From Candidatus Schekmanbacteria bacterium (GTDB taxonomy: Bacteria; SZUA-182), in NCBI GenBank assembly GCA_016235675.1, contig JACRJN010000131.1, positions 1,779 to 65,778 of the forward strand: 64,000 nt of DNA, read 5' to 3'. Within the stretch, counting starts at the first letter, position 1. Every line of letters begins with the position of its first letter. This document shows, one piece after another, positions 37,413-46,564 of this stretch. A program made the translations under genes and the position numbers. Below the pieces are notes generated by a model. The model had not been told where the DNA came from. It ran no database searches and saw only the letters and a list, made by a program, of their open reading frames with translations.

Positions 37413-38842
37413 AACCGGTACAAGCGCGCCTTTTCCTGGGCGGCAAAAAAACCGCTCAGCCAAAGTAATACGGGAAACAAAAGAATTAACATGCACTTAT
37501 AAGCGATAGCCACGCTTATTGCTTCAATATTAATCAGTACCCCCGCCAAATATAAAGCTAAGCTAATCGCTATTAATTTGATGATACGACCAAATTCATA
37601 TCTGACAGGATAAAGCTTCATCGAAAGAACGACTATCATAATAAATTGAAAAATATAGGCCAGCAACGTCGCATAAGCCGCCCCCATCATCCCAAAAGAT
37701 GGGATCCAAAGAAAATTCAATCCGACATTCAACAGCGCAGCAATTCCTACAGCCGTGCTGAAATATGAAGTTTTACTCTTCAAATATACACCGACCGCCA
37801 CTACATTGAACAGCCCGTAAAATAACTGGGATAGGGCAATGATCGGAATCACCCGGTAAGCCTCTAAAAATTTAGGCGTGGTGGCTAAAATAATAATTTC
37901 CCTGGCCAATATCGATAAGGACAGGCAGACAAAGGACATTATCGCAAAAAAATAAGTGCTGGTTTTGGAATATAACTCGTTGGCATTTGGCGATTTTTCG
38001 TTGGAAAACACAAATTGCGGCCAGGCCAGTTGAAAAGCCCAGGCCAGAAACCACAGAATTTCCCCGAATCTATAGCCTAATGAATAGATACCCACTTGAT
38101 CCAGCGTACTATACATTTTTAACATGTATCTGTCCGACAGGGTTAAGATTATCCCGCCGATGCCGGAGAAGATTAAGGGAACGCCGAACCGCAGCAGACT
38201 TTTTGCTTCGGTTAAAGAAAACCGAAAAGGCACATCCCTTAAAATCCAGGGGATAAGAATGAGGCAAACTAACAAACCGGCCAGGCATTGACTGATTAAA
38301 ATCCCCCAGAACCCTTTTTTAAATGCCACTACTAAAAAAATAGTCAATAACAAGGTAAAACCGGTATCGGATAAAGTCAGTACGGCATATTTCTTCGATT
38401 CGCCTTGCGCCCGCAGGCAGGAAAAAGGGATTTTGGCCAATTGGGAAAAAACACCGGTTAAAGACACGATGATCACGGCATTGGCATAAACCGGGCTTCC
38501 CAGCAACAATCTGGAAATCCCGGCTGAATTAACAATAATAATGCCCATCACCGGCAGAGAAATCAGCAGCATTATAAATCCGGAGGTGCTTAAAACCAGG
38601 TTTTTCCCCTCCGGTGTCTCGGCCTTAAAATAATTTTTAAATATGGCGCTGCTCATCCCCAGGTTTAAAAATATAAACAAAAAGGAGCCGAACAGGGAAC
38701 ATAAAGACAAGATTCCATAATCCGCGGGCGTCAGATAACGGGTATAAAGCGGAATCAGCAAAAATCCCACTATTTTCCCGGCGGTATTTCCTAAAACATA
38801 GAAAATACTATCGGAAAATAATTTTTTAATTTTGGAAAACAT
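37388..38842 (-). CDS. Polysaccharide flippase (Wzx, MOP superfamily)
   Basis: 484 aa, about 12-14 TM helices. N-terminal GNTAGKIVGFLLIPLYTRYL motif. Confidence 0.85.
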   Translation of the reverse strand: MFSKIKKLFSDSIFYVLGNTAGKIVGFLLIPLYTRYLTPADYGILSLCSLFGSFLFIFLNLGMSSAIFKNYFKAETPEGKNLVLSTSGFIMLLISLPVMGIIIVNSAGISRLLLGSPVYANAVIIVSLTGVFSQLAKIPFSCLRAQGESKKYAVLTLSDTGFTLLLTIFLVVAFKKGFWGILISQCLAGLLVCLILIPWILRDVPFRFSLTEAKSLLRFGVPLIFSGIGGIILTLSDRYMLKMYSTLDQVGIYSLGYRFGEILWFLAWAFQLAWPQFVFSNEKSPNANELYSKTSTYFFAIMSFVCLSLSILAREIIILATTPKFLEAYRVIPIIALSQLFYGLFNVVAVGVYLKSKTSYFSTAVGIAALLNVGLNFLWIPSFGMMGAAYATLLAYIFQFIMIVVLSMKLYPVRYEFGRIIKLIAISLALYLAGVLINIEAISVAIAYKCMLILLFPVLLWLSGFFAAQEKARLYRLWEFCRIS

Positions 38843-40157
38843 ATTTCTTTAATTCTTGATTCAACACACCGGCCAATAAATGGGTTAAATTCCGGCTGTT
38901 GAATTTTTTCCACAATACACTCGGTTGTTCTTTCAATGTTCCATTAATATATTGGAGATAAAATTCCTTGATTGCCTCTTTGATCTGAAGAATATCCTCC
39001 GGATCGACAACCTTTCCGGAAACATTTTCCGACGAAAACAAATCGGCTAAAGCCCCTGGCTCAGCCAGCGCCAATATCGGCTTGCCCGCCGCAAAATATT
39101 CAAATGTTTTAGAGGGAATCTGACAACATCCCAGATAAATATTGGTCAACAAAAGCAAATGGGCTGAATTCATTAATTCTAAAGCTTTTTTATGCTCTAC
39201 CTGCTTTTTCCAGGTTACCAGCTTGCCTAAACCCGACTTTTCAATCAAATCAAAGTATTTATGAAAACCGCTACCCGCAAAAACCAGTTGAATCTTGTCC
39301 TCTAACGTTTTGTCTTCGTTGAGTAATTCCCTTAGTGCAAAAAAGAAATTCGACGGATTGCGGGCGGAATAAAAAGACCCGGTAAAAACTATAGTAAATT
39401 TTTCATAGTGTTGTTTGCTTAATTTAGAAAAATCGGCCTCATCGAATCCGTTATTGATGACGATTACTTTATTTTCCTGAATGTTATGATTTAAAACCAG
39501 TTGTTTCTTTAAAGTTTCGGTGTTAGCGATAACGACATCTGCATTTAAAACCGCCGATTTTTCACAAATCCAGGCCACTTTGTTCAACCAGGGATGACTC
39601 CACATGTTATTATAATCACTAGCCCATGGGTCTCTGAAATCCACCACCAGCGGCTTGCCGCTGATTTTCTTCAACCACACCGCGGTAATAAAGGTGGAAA
39701 AAGGCCCGCCCGTTGCGTAAATAGCGTCGATTTTTTGAGTATAAATCAAATATAGTCCGGCAATAAAGGCAAAAGGAATCCAGCCGACCGCCTCATCAGG
39801 CGTTCTTAATAAATCCGCCGGAATCTTTTTCCAGGAGACTTTGCTTTTGGGGGCCGGATTCTTTCCGCCTTTAATCCCGTCACCGTCCGGCGATTTTTTA
39901 ACAATCTTTCTGACGGCTTTAATTATCTGCGAGTAACGACTATAAAAAAGCCAGGCCGGGGTTCGGTAAATTTTTGCCACCGGGGGCACTTCATTGACTA
40001 AATTGTTATCGATAATCTCATATTTTTTCTCATCCAGCGTCAGAATTATCGGCTGCCAGCCTTCATCAGGCAGGTATTTACTAAAACGCAAAGTTCTATA
40101 TGTGCCCGTTCTGGCAGACGGGGGATAGGCATAGGCCAGCATCAGTAGTTTTTTCAT
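38826..40157 (-). CDS. Glycosyltransferase (GT-B, GT4-like)
   Basis: MKKLLMLAYAYPPS..TG N-terminus. Alternative ATG at 40172. Confidence 0.75.
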   Translation of the reverse strand: MKKLLMLAYAYPPSARTGTYRTLRFSKYLPDEGWQPIILTLDEKKYEIIDNNLVNEVPPVAKIYRTPAWLFYSRYSQIIKAVRKIVKKSPDGDGIKGGKNPAPKSKVSWKKIPADLLRTPDEAVGWIPFAFIAGLYLIYTQKIDAIYATGGPFSTFITAVWLKKISGKPLVVDFRDPWASDYNNMWSHPWLNKVAWICEKSAVLNADVVIANTETLKKQLVLNHNIQENKVIVINNGFDEADFSKLSKQHYEKFTIVFTGSFYSARNPSNFFFALRELLNEDKTLEDKIQLVFAGSGFHKYFDLIEKSGLGKLVTWKKQVEHKKALELMNSAHLLLLTNIYLGCCQIPSKTFEYFAAGKPILALAEPGALADLFSSENVSGKVVDPEDILQIKEAIKEFYLQYINGTLKEQPSVLWKKFNSRNLTHLLAGVLNQELKKYVFQN

Positions 40158-40177
40158 ATCCGTTTTCCCCATATTAT

Positions 40178-40957
40178 TCAGCCTGAGCATTTCAGGTAAA
40201 GCACCCCGATCCAGCTTTTTTGTTTTAAAGGAATCTTTTTTAGAAGCTTCTCAAAAGCCCCGCAAATCATAGTTACTATATTTCTTTGGGTATAAGGAAA
40301 TTCCGTGTTGCCGCAGCGCAGGCAAACCGTATGTTCTTCGGCCTTAAACCAGCGGTTTCCTAATTTTTGTTTGATAATTAAGATTAAATTACTTTTATAT
40401 TCCCTGTTTTCGCCGAAAAAGGCGTATTTAATCGGTTTATACCCGGAAAATAGGTTTTCCAGATCTTTCGTGCCCTTAAAATCACGGATATGCTGCCAGA
40501 CATGAAAGATATTAGCGCATTTTTCGCACTTGATAAAGCCGCTTCTTAAGTTTTGCCGGTATGGTACGGTGACCAGGATGTATTTTTTACTGACATTTTG
40601 AACGTTTCTTACCGTCTCATAAAAGAAATCATCCGTTAAATGCTCTAAAACCTCAGTCAGCATCACTAAATCGAAGCTATTTTCCTTGAAGGCTAATTTT
40701 TTGATTTCCGTGCAGGTTTTAGCGGCTTTTAATTTTTTTAAGGGATGGAAAATAAAATCCGCGCCTACCACCCAATAATCGGAGGCCAATAAATTGGCAA
40801 TCCGCCCATCGCCGCAACCGATGTCTAAAATTGTTTTCACATCTTCCGGGATTAGATTTATGGTGGAACAAATCCGGTCGTGTTCTTTTTCCGTTAAGGA
40901 TTCGTCAGTTTTGTCGAAGATATTTGTATAATATTCTTTTAGGTAAGATGCTTCCAT
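40178..40957 (-). CDS. Class I SAM-dependent methyltransferase with C-terminal CxxC...CxxC segment
   Basis: ILDIGCGDGR motif I. CEKC and CLRCG pairs. Confidence 0.8.
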   Translation of the reverse strand: MEASYLKEYYTNIFDKTDESLTEKEHDRICSTINLIPEDVKTILDIGCGDGRIANLLASDYWVVGADFIFHPLKKLKAAKTCTEIKKLAFKENSFDLVMLTEVLEHLTDDFFYETVRNVQNVSKKYILVTVPYRQNLRSGFIKCEKCANIFHVWQHIRDFKGTKDLENLFSGYKPIKYAFFGENREYKSNLILIIKQKLGNRWFKAEEHTVCLRCGNTEFPYTQRNIVTMICGAFEKLLKKIPLKQKSWIGVLYLKCSG

Positions 40958-40989
40958 ATATTCTTTAAAACTCTAAGAAAGGTAAAAGC

Positions 40990-41067
40990 GTCATTGCGCG
41001 CGAAAGCGAAGCAATCTTCGTTCGTGCGTCTGAGATTGCTTCGGCAATAAAGCCGCCTCGCAATGAC
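40990..41067. repeat. R-C core copy
   Basis: GTCATTGCGCGCGAAAGCGAAGCAATCTTC...GAGATTGCTTCGGCAATAAAGCCGCCTCGCAATGAC. Followed by CATTATCCATTGTCAATTGTCCATTATC. Confidence 0.9.
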
Positions 41068-41098
41068 ATTTGCATTATCCATTGTCAATTGTCCATTA

Positions 41099-41731
41099 TC
41101 AAGGCAGCCAGGGGTCGAGCGCCGGAAGCAATCCCTGGATAAAATCCTCCAGATCAGCCTGGGAGTCGGCGGAGACCCGCACCAAACCGCTGGCGCAATA
41201 GCCGTTGACCAGGCTGGAGCAGATATTGGCCGTCATCTGGCTGAATCTGTCGGTCATTTGCTTTTTGCCCTGGGCAAACCACCAATAGAGAACGGTCGAC
41301 CTTCCCTGGTCAATTTTTTCCACTTCCAGTTTGTTGACCGCTATCCCGGCTTGGGCCAGCTTAACTACTTGCGTATTCAATCCGTCAGCCTTAACAATCG
41401 ACCAGCCTTGCGAGGTGTAGCAAGTCTGCACATCATGGGCGCCCCAGCGGTCGTTTTCATGAAATACCACCACTAACAGTATGCGTGCGCCGGATTCATT
41501 GCCGTATTCCCGGAAGATCAGGGCTTGCGGGCCAAGCGCAGAAAAGCTTTTCTCATCCATCGCGATGTCGGAAATATAGCGCCAGCCGCCGATTTGCCTG
41601 GGGAAGCTTTGGATTTTCTGCGCAAACGCCACCGAGCCGAATTCCCCCTGGCGGGGCTGGTTAAAAAATTCCAGATAGATACAAACGGGGATAAGTAAAG
41701 CGATTATAATCAGGAGGCGCTTATTTGGCAT
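41099..41731 (-). CDS. EpsI-family exosortase-associated protein
   Basis: MPNKRLLIIIALLIPV anchor. Size and position overlapping the exosortase stop. ATG at 41731. Confidence 0.7.
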   Translation of the reverse strand: MPNKRLLIIIALLIPVCIYLEFFNQPRQGEFGSVAFAQKIQSFPRQIGGWRYISDIAMDEKSFSALGPQALIFREYGNESGARILLVVVFHENDRWGAHDVQTCYTSQGWSIVKADGLNTQVVKLAQAGIAVNKLEVEKIDQGRSTVLYWWFAQGKKQMTDRFSQMTANICSSLVNGYCASGLVRVSADSQADLEDFIQGLLPALDPWLP

Positions 41732-42540
41732 TTCATGAGCCTTCCTATAAATAGTAAGCCGACGGCGGTCATGGCTACGATGATCAAACTGATCGCGGTT
41801 TCCCAATTAGTATTGGAAACGCTGATTCCCCAATAGTTGAGCAATAATATCGCGGTAATGATTCTGATACTGTTTCCCAGGATTACCAAGGGAATGGTAA
41901 AGGAAAAAAGTAACATTTTTTTAAAGCCGGTTCCCTGGGCTAAATAGGCGAAAACGGTTCCCATCATTAGAAAGGTAAACAGGGAGCGGATACCGCTGCA
42001 CGGGTCGGCTACTTCCAAAGCGCCCCTGCCGGTAGTGAGGATCACCCCTTCCCGGTAGACGGGGATTCCCAGACTCTGCACGATTTGCGCCGATAAGTAG
42101 CTGGACAACAGTTTCAGCCGGTAACTTACCGGGTCGATCAGGAATTGGGAGACCGGGATCATAAACAATAAAAACAGCAGGGGGAATAAAACCTCTTTGG
42201 TCGCATCAATGCCCCATTGGTATAAGCTTATCCCGATTAGCAAACCGATCAGGGAATAGGCGGTGATGAAATTTACCCCCATCCTCCTTCCGGCCAGCAG
42301 AATCAGCAGTGCGCCGAGGATGATAAACAAACCCAGGCTGGATGAACTTTGGGGGAATTGTTTCAGCTTGCCCTTCTTTTTCCAGATAATCCAGCCGCAG
42401 ATCAGCGGTACGGCGAATCCATGGGAGTAATCTGGATTTTCCCGCCAGCTTGCGATCAGCCAGACCAATATTGGCCGGTAGATGAGGATGATTAGGCCGG
42501 CGATGGTTATGTAGAGTATGTTTTTGTATGTGTTTTTCAT
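41710..42540 (-). CDS. Exosortase (EpsH/Xrt family)
   Basis: 276 aa polytopic. W..NP.YSHGF..P N-terminal signature. ADPCSGIRSL catalytic Cys motif. A conserved Arg (NS.RI) lies downstream. Confidence 0.88.
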   Translation of the reverse strand: MKNTYKNILYITIAGLIILIYRPILVWLIASWRENPDYSHGFAVPLICGWIIWKKKGKLKQFPQSSSSLGLFIILGALLILLAGRRMGVNFITAYSLIGLLIGISLYQWGIDATKEVLFPLLFLLFMIPVSQFLIDPVSYRLKLLSSYLSAQIVQSLGIPVYREGVILTTGRGALEVADPCSGIRSLFTFLMMGTVFAYLAQGTGFKKMLLFSFTIPLVILGNSIRIITAILLLNYWGISVSNTNWETAISLIIVAMTAVGLLFIGRLMKCQISAS

Positions 42541-42544
42541 TTTT

Positions 42545-42602
42545 GTTGTCAGTTGTCAGTTGTCGGTTTTAATTCTTTAACTGACAACCGACAACTGACA
42601 AC
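42545..42602. repeat. GTTGTCA heptamer-triplet palindrome
   Basis: GTTGTCAGTTGTCAGTTGTCGGTT...AACTGACAACCGACAACTGACAAC. Confidence 0.9.
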
Positions 42603-42620
42603 TTTTTTTCATCACCAGCC

Positions 42621-42686
42621 GTAGTCCCAGCCCTTTAGGGCTGAATTTCCGGGGCTAAAGCCCCGGCACTACGGCTACGGCTACGG
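42621..42686. repeat. R-B doublet plus tandem CTACGG x3
   Basis: GTAGTCCCAGCCCTTTAGGGCTG...CCGGGGCTAAAGCCCCGGCACTACGGCTACGGCTACGG. Confidence 0.9.
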
Positions 42687-42705
42687 CTGACAATCGCCTG
42701 TACCG

Positions 42706-43446
42706 TCAGCCGCTTTTCTTCTCCATCACCAGCTTAAAAGCGCTTCTGGTAAAAAATGCACCATACCGGTTGGCTAAAATCTTTTCAAAGCTTTTTAATT
42801 TCGCCGGAACCAACCAATCTACCCGCGGGTTAGTGTAGCCGCATTGCTTCAGCAGTTCGATCCAAAGATCGGGCGTTTGATGCTTATGCCATTCAATCGT
42901 AGAGGATAGAGGGTTTTTCATTCCCAGTGTGTCGAAGAAATTATAGGGAGAACAGTCCAGGATTACAATTTTCCCGCCATTTTTGGTAATGCCGCTTAAT
43001 TTAGTGAAGATGGACAGGTATTTTTCCCGCGCCGCCCGGCTGGTTCTTAATCCGACACAGGCTTTCTCATCTAAATGATTGATGGAACTGTGCGATAAAA
43101 TCAGATCGAACGAAAGCCCGTTGGGTGCAAATTCCTGCAAGGTTTGCGGATAGCAAACGATATTCGCTAATTTAAGGGCCGCGGCCATTTTGTTGAATAC
43201 CGCGGCGGAACTGCTGCTGCTCCCGGCCTCTTCCGGCTCAAGACCGATGACCTGCGCCGCTCCCCGGCAGGCACTGTAAATGCTCATCAATCCCGTCCCG
43301 CAACCGATGTCCAGGATGTTTTTGTCTGCAAGATCGACGCCGTCTAAAAAGCGGTCGATATACCCTTGCGCCAAAGCCGGTGTTTTAAATCCGATTTCCT
43401 GCACCGCTAAAGATAAAAAATGATCTGTTAATGTTTGGCTGGTCAA
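42706..43446 (-). CDS. Class I SAM-dependent methyltransferase
   Basis: ILDIGCGTGL motif I. 246 aa. Confidence 0.8.
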   Translation of the reverse strand: MTSQTLTDHFLSLAVQEIGFKTPALAQGYIDRFLDGVDLADKNILDIGCGTGLMSIYSACRGAAQVIGLEPEEAGSSSSSAAVFNKMAAALKLANIVCYPQTLQEFAPNGLSFDLILSHSSINHLDEKACVGLRTSRAAREKYLSIFTKLSGITKNGGKIVILDCSPYNFFDTLGMKNPLSSTIEWHKHQTPDLWIELLKQCGYTNPRVDWLVPAKLKSFEKILANRYGAFFTRSAFKLVMEKKSG

Positions 43447-43476
43447 TGTTTTCTCAAATTAAAAGCCGGGCAAAAT

Positions 43477-43557
43477 GTAGCGTTGGGGTTTATCCCCAAC
43501 ATTGCGGACGCAGGAGATACCCCTACGTAAAAAGCGGGGGATAAACCCCCGCGCTAC
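43477..43557. repeat. R-G doublet
   Basis: GTAGCGTTGGGGTTTATCCCCAAC...GCGGGGGATAAACCCCCGCGCTAC. Confidence 0.9.
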
Positions 43558-43586
43558 TTTAAAAAATCTTGGTGTGAATTATTTCC

Positions 43587-45500
43587 TCAATTATGCACAG
43601 GCGGATGAAACTCCGGCACTACCTCTTGCAGCTTTTTGATAATCCCCTCGAATTCCATTTTCAAAGATAACACCTGCAATTCTTTAATGTTTTTATACAA
43701 TGAAGTATTATACCTTGTTCCGTTCGGACATACCATCCAAATTTTATTTTGGTTAGTTTTAAGTACGTCCTCTTTTTTCATCGCCAATTCTTCATAAAGT
43801 TTTTCGCCGGGGCGCAGCCCGATGAAATCGATTGCAATATCCTTGCCCGGCTCGAATCCGGCCAGACGGATGGTCTCCTTGGCTAAATCGACGATTTTGA
43901 CCGGCTCTCCCATATCCAGGATGAAAATTTCTCCACCCTTGCCCATCGCACCCGCTTGTATCACCAATTGCGCCGCTTCCGGAATAGTCATGAAAAACCT
44001 GGTGATCTCCGGATGAGTGATGGTAATCGGGCCACCTCTGGCGATTTGCTCTTTGAAAAGCGGGATCACGCTGCCCCGACTGCCCAACACATTGCCGAAC
44101 CGTACCGCCGCGCAAATAGTTTTTTGATTGGGGCGGGACTGCACCAGCAATTCCGTAATCCGCTTGCAACAACCCATAACGCTGGAAGGATTGACCGCCT
44201 TATCCGAAGAAATGCAAACCACCCTCTCCGTCTCGAACTCTTCCGCTATTTCCAGTAAATTCAGGGTGCCGACAATGTTATTCAAAACCGCCTCGTCCGG
44301 ATTGCTCTCCATCAGGGGAACATGTTTATCCGCACCGGCATGAAAAATCACCTGCGGGCGGTATAATTTAAAAACACCCTCCAGCTTGCGTTTATTGATC
44401 ACATCGCCGATTACCTCTTTAAGCTCATATCCGTTGCGCCTGGAATTGCGCAATTCGTTGGCGATACAAAAAATACTGTGCTCACCCCTTCCGAAAAGTA
44501 TCAATTGGCTGGGATGAAATTTCAGGATGTTCCGGCATAGCTCCGAACCTATGGAACCGCCGGCGCCGGTCACTAATACACGTTTACCGGTCAAATAAGG
44601 TAACTGCTCATTGAAATCGAATTCGACCCCTTCCCGGCCTAAAAGGTCTTCCACCTGCACGCCTCTTAAATTATTTATTTCTTTCCCCCTTAAGATTTCC
44701 TCAAGCTGCGGCACCAGCCTGATTTTGCTATACAAAGCCGGATCGGTTTTATCCATCAACTCCCGCAGCTTTTTGCCTTGGAGGGACGGAATAGAGATAA
44801 TAATTTCCTCGATCTTTTTATCCTTTACAATTTTAGCTAAATCCTTGATCGCCCCTAAAACCTCGATGCCGTGGATTCTTAAACCCCGTTTAGCGGGGTC
44901 ATCATCAATAAAACCAATTATGTTATACTTTTGATTTAATTTTTCCCGATTCGTAATCCCCCGCAGCGTCATTTCCCCTAAATCGCCCGCTCCCAATATC
45001 AGCGCCCGTTTTTGCGATTCACCGTAACATGATAAATTATTATGCCCCTCGAAACGGATAGTCTTAATCAGGCTATGATATATTCTGTGGTAAAACCTCA
45101 TAGAACCAATGACAAACATATTTAACAACCAATCGACCACAAAAACCGAACGCGGATACCCTACCGGGTAATGCAGATTAAAATATAACAAGACACTCAA
45201 AGCGATACATAACGAGCTAAAAGAAACGGCTTTGACCAAGGTTATTAAATCATCTATTCCGGCATATTTATAAATTGATTTATAGGTGCCGAAATAAAGC
45301 AGGCTAAAAATTCTGACGACAACGGTTACAATCAGGGAATGAAGGAACAAGGTATAATATTTTGCGGGAATATTCCCATCGAAACGCAGGATAAAGGCCA
45401 GATAATAAGAGCAGATTATAACAATAAAATCAAGAAAACATAATAACATCCTTCTCTTGTTTCTCAGGCTTCTCAATTTTAAAAGCATATTTTGAGACAT
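43587..45500 (-). CDS. Membrane-anchored NDP-sugar 4,6-dehydratase/epimerase (CapD/PglF/WbpM family)
   Basis: 637 aa. Four N-terminal TM helices. LILGAGDLG and VTGAGGSIGSEL Rossmann motifs. Confidence 0.9.
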   Translation of the reverse strand: MSQNMLLKLRSLRNKRRMLLCFLDFIVIICSYYLAFILRFDGNIPAKYYTLFLHSLIVTVVVRIFSLLYFGTYKSIYKYAGIDDLITLVKAVSFSSLCIALSVLLYFNLHYPVGYPRSVFVVDWLLNMFVIGSMRFYHRIYHSLIKTIRFEGHNNLSCYGESQKRALILGAGDLGEMTLRGITNREKLNQKYNIIGFIDDDPAKRGLRIHGIEVLGAIKDLAKIVKDKKIEEIIISIPSLQGKKLRELMDKTDPALYSKIRLVPQLEEILRGKEINNLRGVQVEDLLGREGVEFDFNEQLPYLTGKRVLVTGAGGSIGSELCRNILKFHPSQLILFGRGEHSIFCIANELRNSRRNGYELKEVIGDVINKRKLEGVFKLYRPQVIFHAGADKHVPLMESNPDEAVLNNIVGTLNLLEIAEEFETERVVCISSDKAVNPSSVMGCCKRITELLVQSRPNQKTICAAVRFGNVLGSRGSVIPLFKEQIARGGPITITHPEITRFFMTIPEAAQLVIQAGAMGKGGEIFILDMGEPVKIVDLAKETIRLAGFEPGKDIAIDFIGLRPGEKLYEELAMKKEDVLKTNQNKIWMVCPNGTRYNTSLYKNIKELQVLSLKMEFEGIIKKLQEVVPEFHPPVHN

Positions 45501-45866
45501 AAATCGGTTACCTCTTTGATTTCATAAATCCCCCCCCTCTTTAAAATTGCGTTTTTAAGTTATGAAATCTCAATTAAATAATCCACGATGTTAAAGATAT
45601 TCAAATTCTATATGATGTTTATATATGTGTCAAGAAAAAAAGTAGTCATAACCAACAATTAGTGTAATTTTTTGGTTAATTCGGATATTATTATCATGTT
45701 ATAACTAATTATTATAGTAGTTTTATATAAACTATGTGCAGTAGTTATAATATATTTTATGACATATACTGACGAAAGATTATCTATACTCTGAATAAGG
45801 GATAGGCTATAATGTCTTTTAAAAGGTGCTCCTCTTTTATCCACTCGTTTATTTTGAGGATAAACA

Positions 45867-46103
45867 ATGATTATTAAAAAAAATATTCAAAAGGAAACAT
45901 CGTTGGAATTGCCTTGGCATTTATTAGAAAAAGCCCATCTTAAGGGGAAAATAAATATTATTGTGGAAGAAAATGAAATCCTGATTAAAAAACAAACTAA
46001 AAAATCTAAGGTTGTCGATGAAATGATCGGTCTGGGAAAGGGTATTTTTAGTGAAAACTCGCTAACTCTTCAGAAAAAAATTCGGGAGGATTGGAAACTG
46101 TGA
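45867..46103 (+). CDS. Putative VapB-type antitoxin
   Basis: 78 aa. GAGGA RBS. 13-nt overlap with the PIN gene. An AbrB-like strand pattern is suggested. Confidence 0.55.
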   Translation: MIIKKNIQKETSLELPWHLLEKAHLKGKINIIVEENEILIKKQTKKSKVVDEMIGLGKGIFSENSLTLQKKIREDWKL

Positions 46104-46531
46104 AAAGAATTGGTCTCGATACCAATATTTTTATGAGCGTTTTTTTGGAAGAAAAGGGGAAATTAGAAGCTTGCCTGGCGATTTTACAAAATATTCATGA
46201 CGGTATTCTGGAAGGGATTATCAGTGTAATTACATTAGTAGAAATAGCCGTACTTTTTTACCAAAAAAATGAATATCTAAAAGCTAAGAAAGCCTTATCC
46301 CTTATCAACTCTCTTTCAAATATTGCCATTATTGACATAACTCCACATTTGGCTTTAAAAATAGCTGCTATAAAAACTTCAGATAAATTATCTGTTGCGG
46401 ATGCAATTATTCTTGCCACAGCGGTACACGCATCTGCGGAAGCTTTTTTAACGTATGACCATGACTTTGCCAAAGTAAAAACCATCAGGTGCATTAAACC
46501 GGAAGATTATCTTCAAGAGATGAATATTTGA
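46091..46531 (+). CDS. vapC: PIN-domain ribonuclease toxin (VapC)
   Basis: RIGLDTNIFM (first acidic residue) and a downstream E. The DAIILATA and TYDHDF motifs complete the PIN acidic quartet. Confidence 0.8.
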   Translation: METVKRIGLDTNIFMSVFLEEKGKLEACLAILQNIHDGILEGIISVITLVEIAVLFYQKNEYLKAKKALSLINSLSNIAIIDITPHLALKIAAIKTSDKLSVADAIILATAVHASAEAFLTYDHDFAKVKTIRCIKPEDYLQEMNI

Positions 46532-46564
46532 TCGTTCATTTTATGCCCCTAAAGGACAAACACC

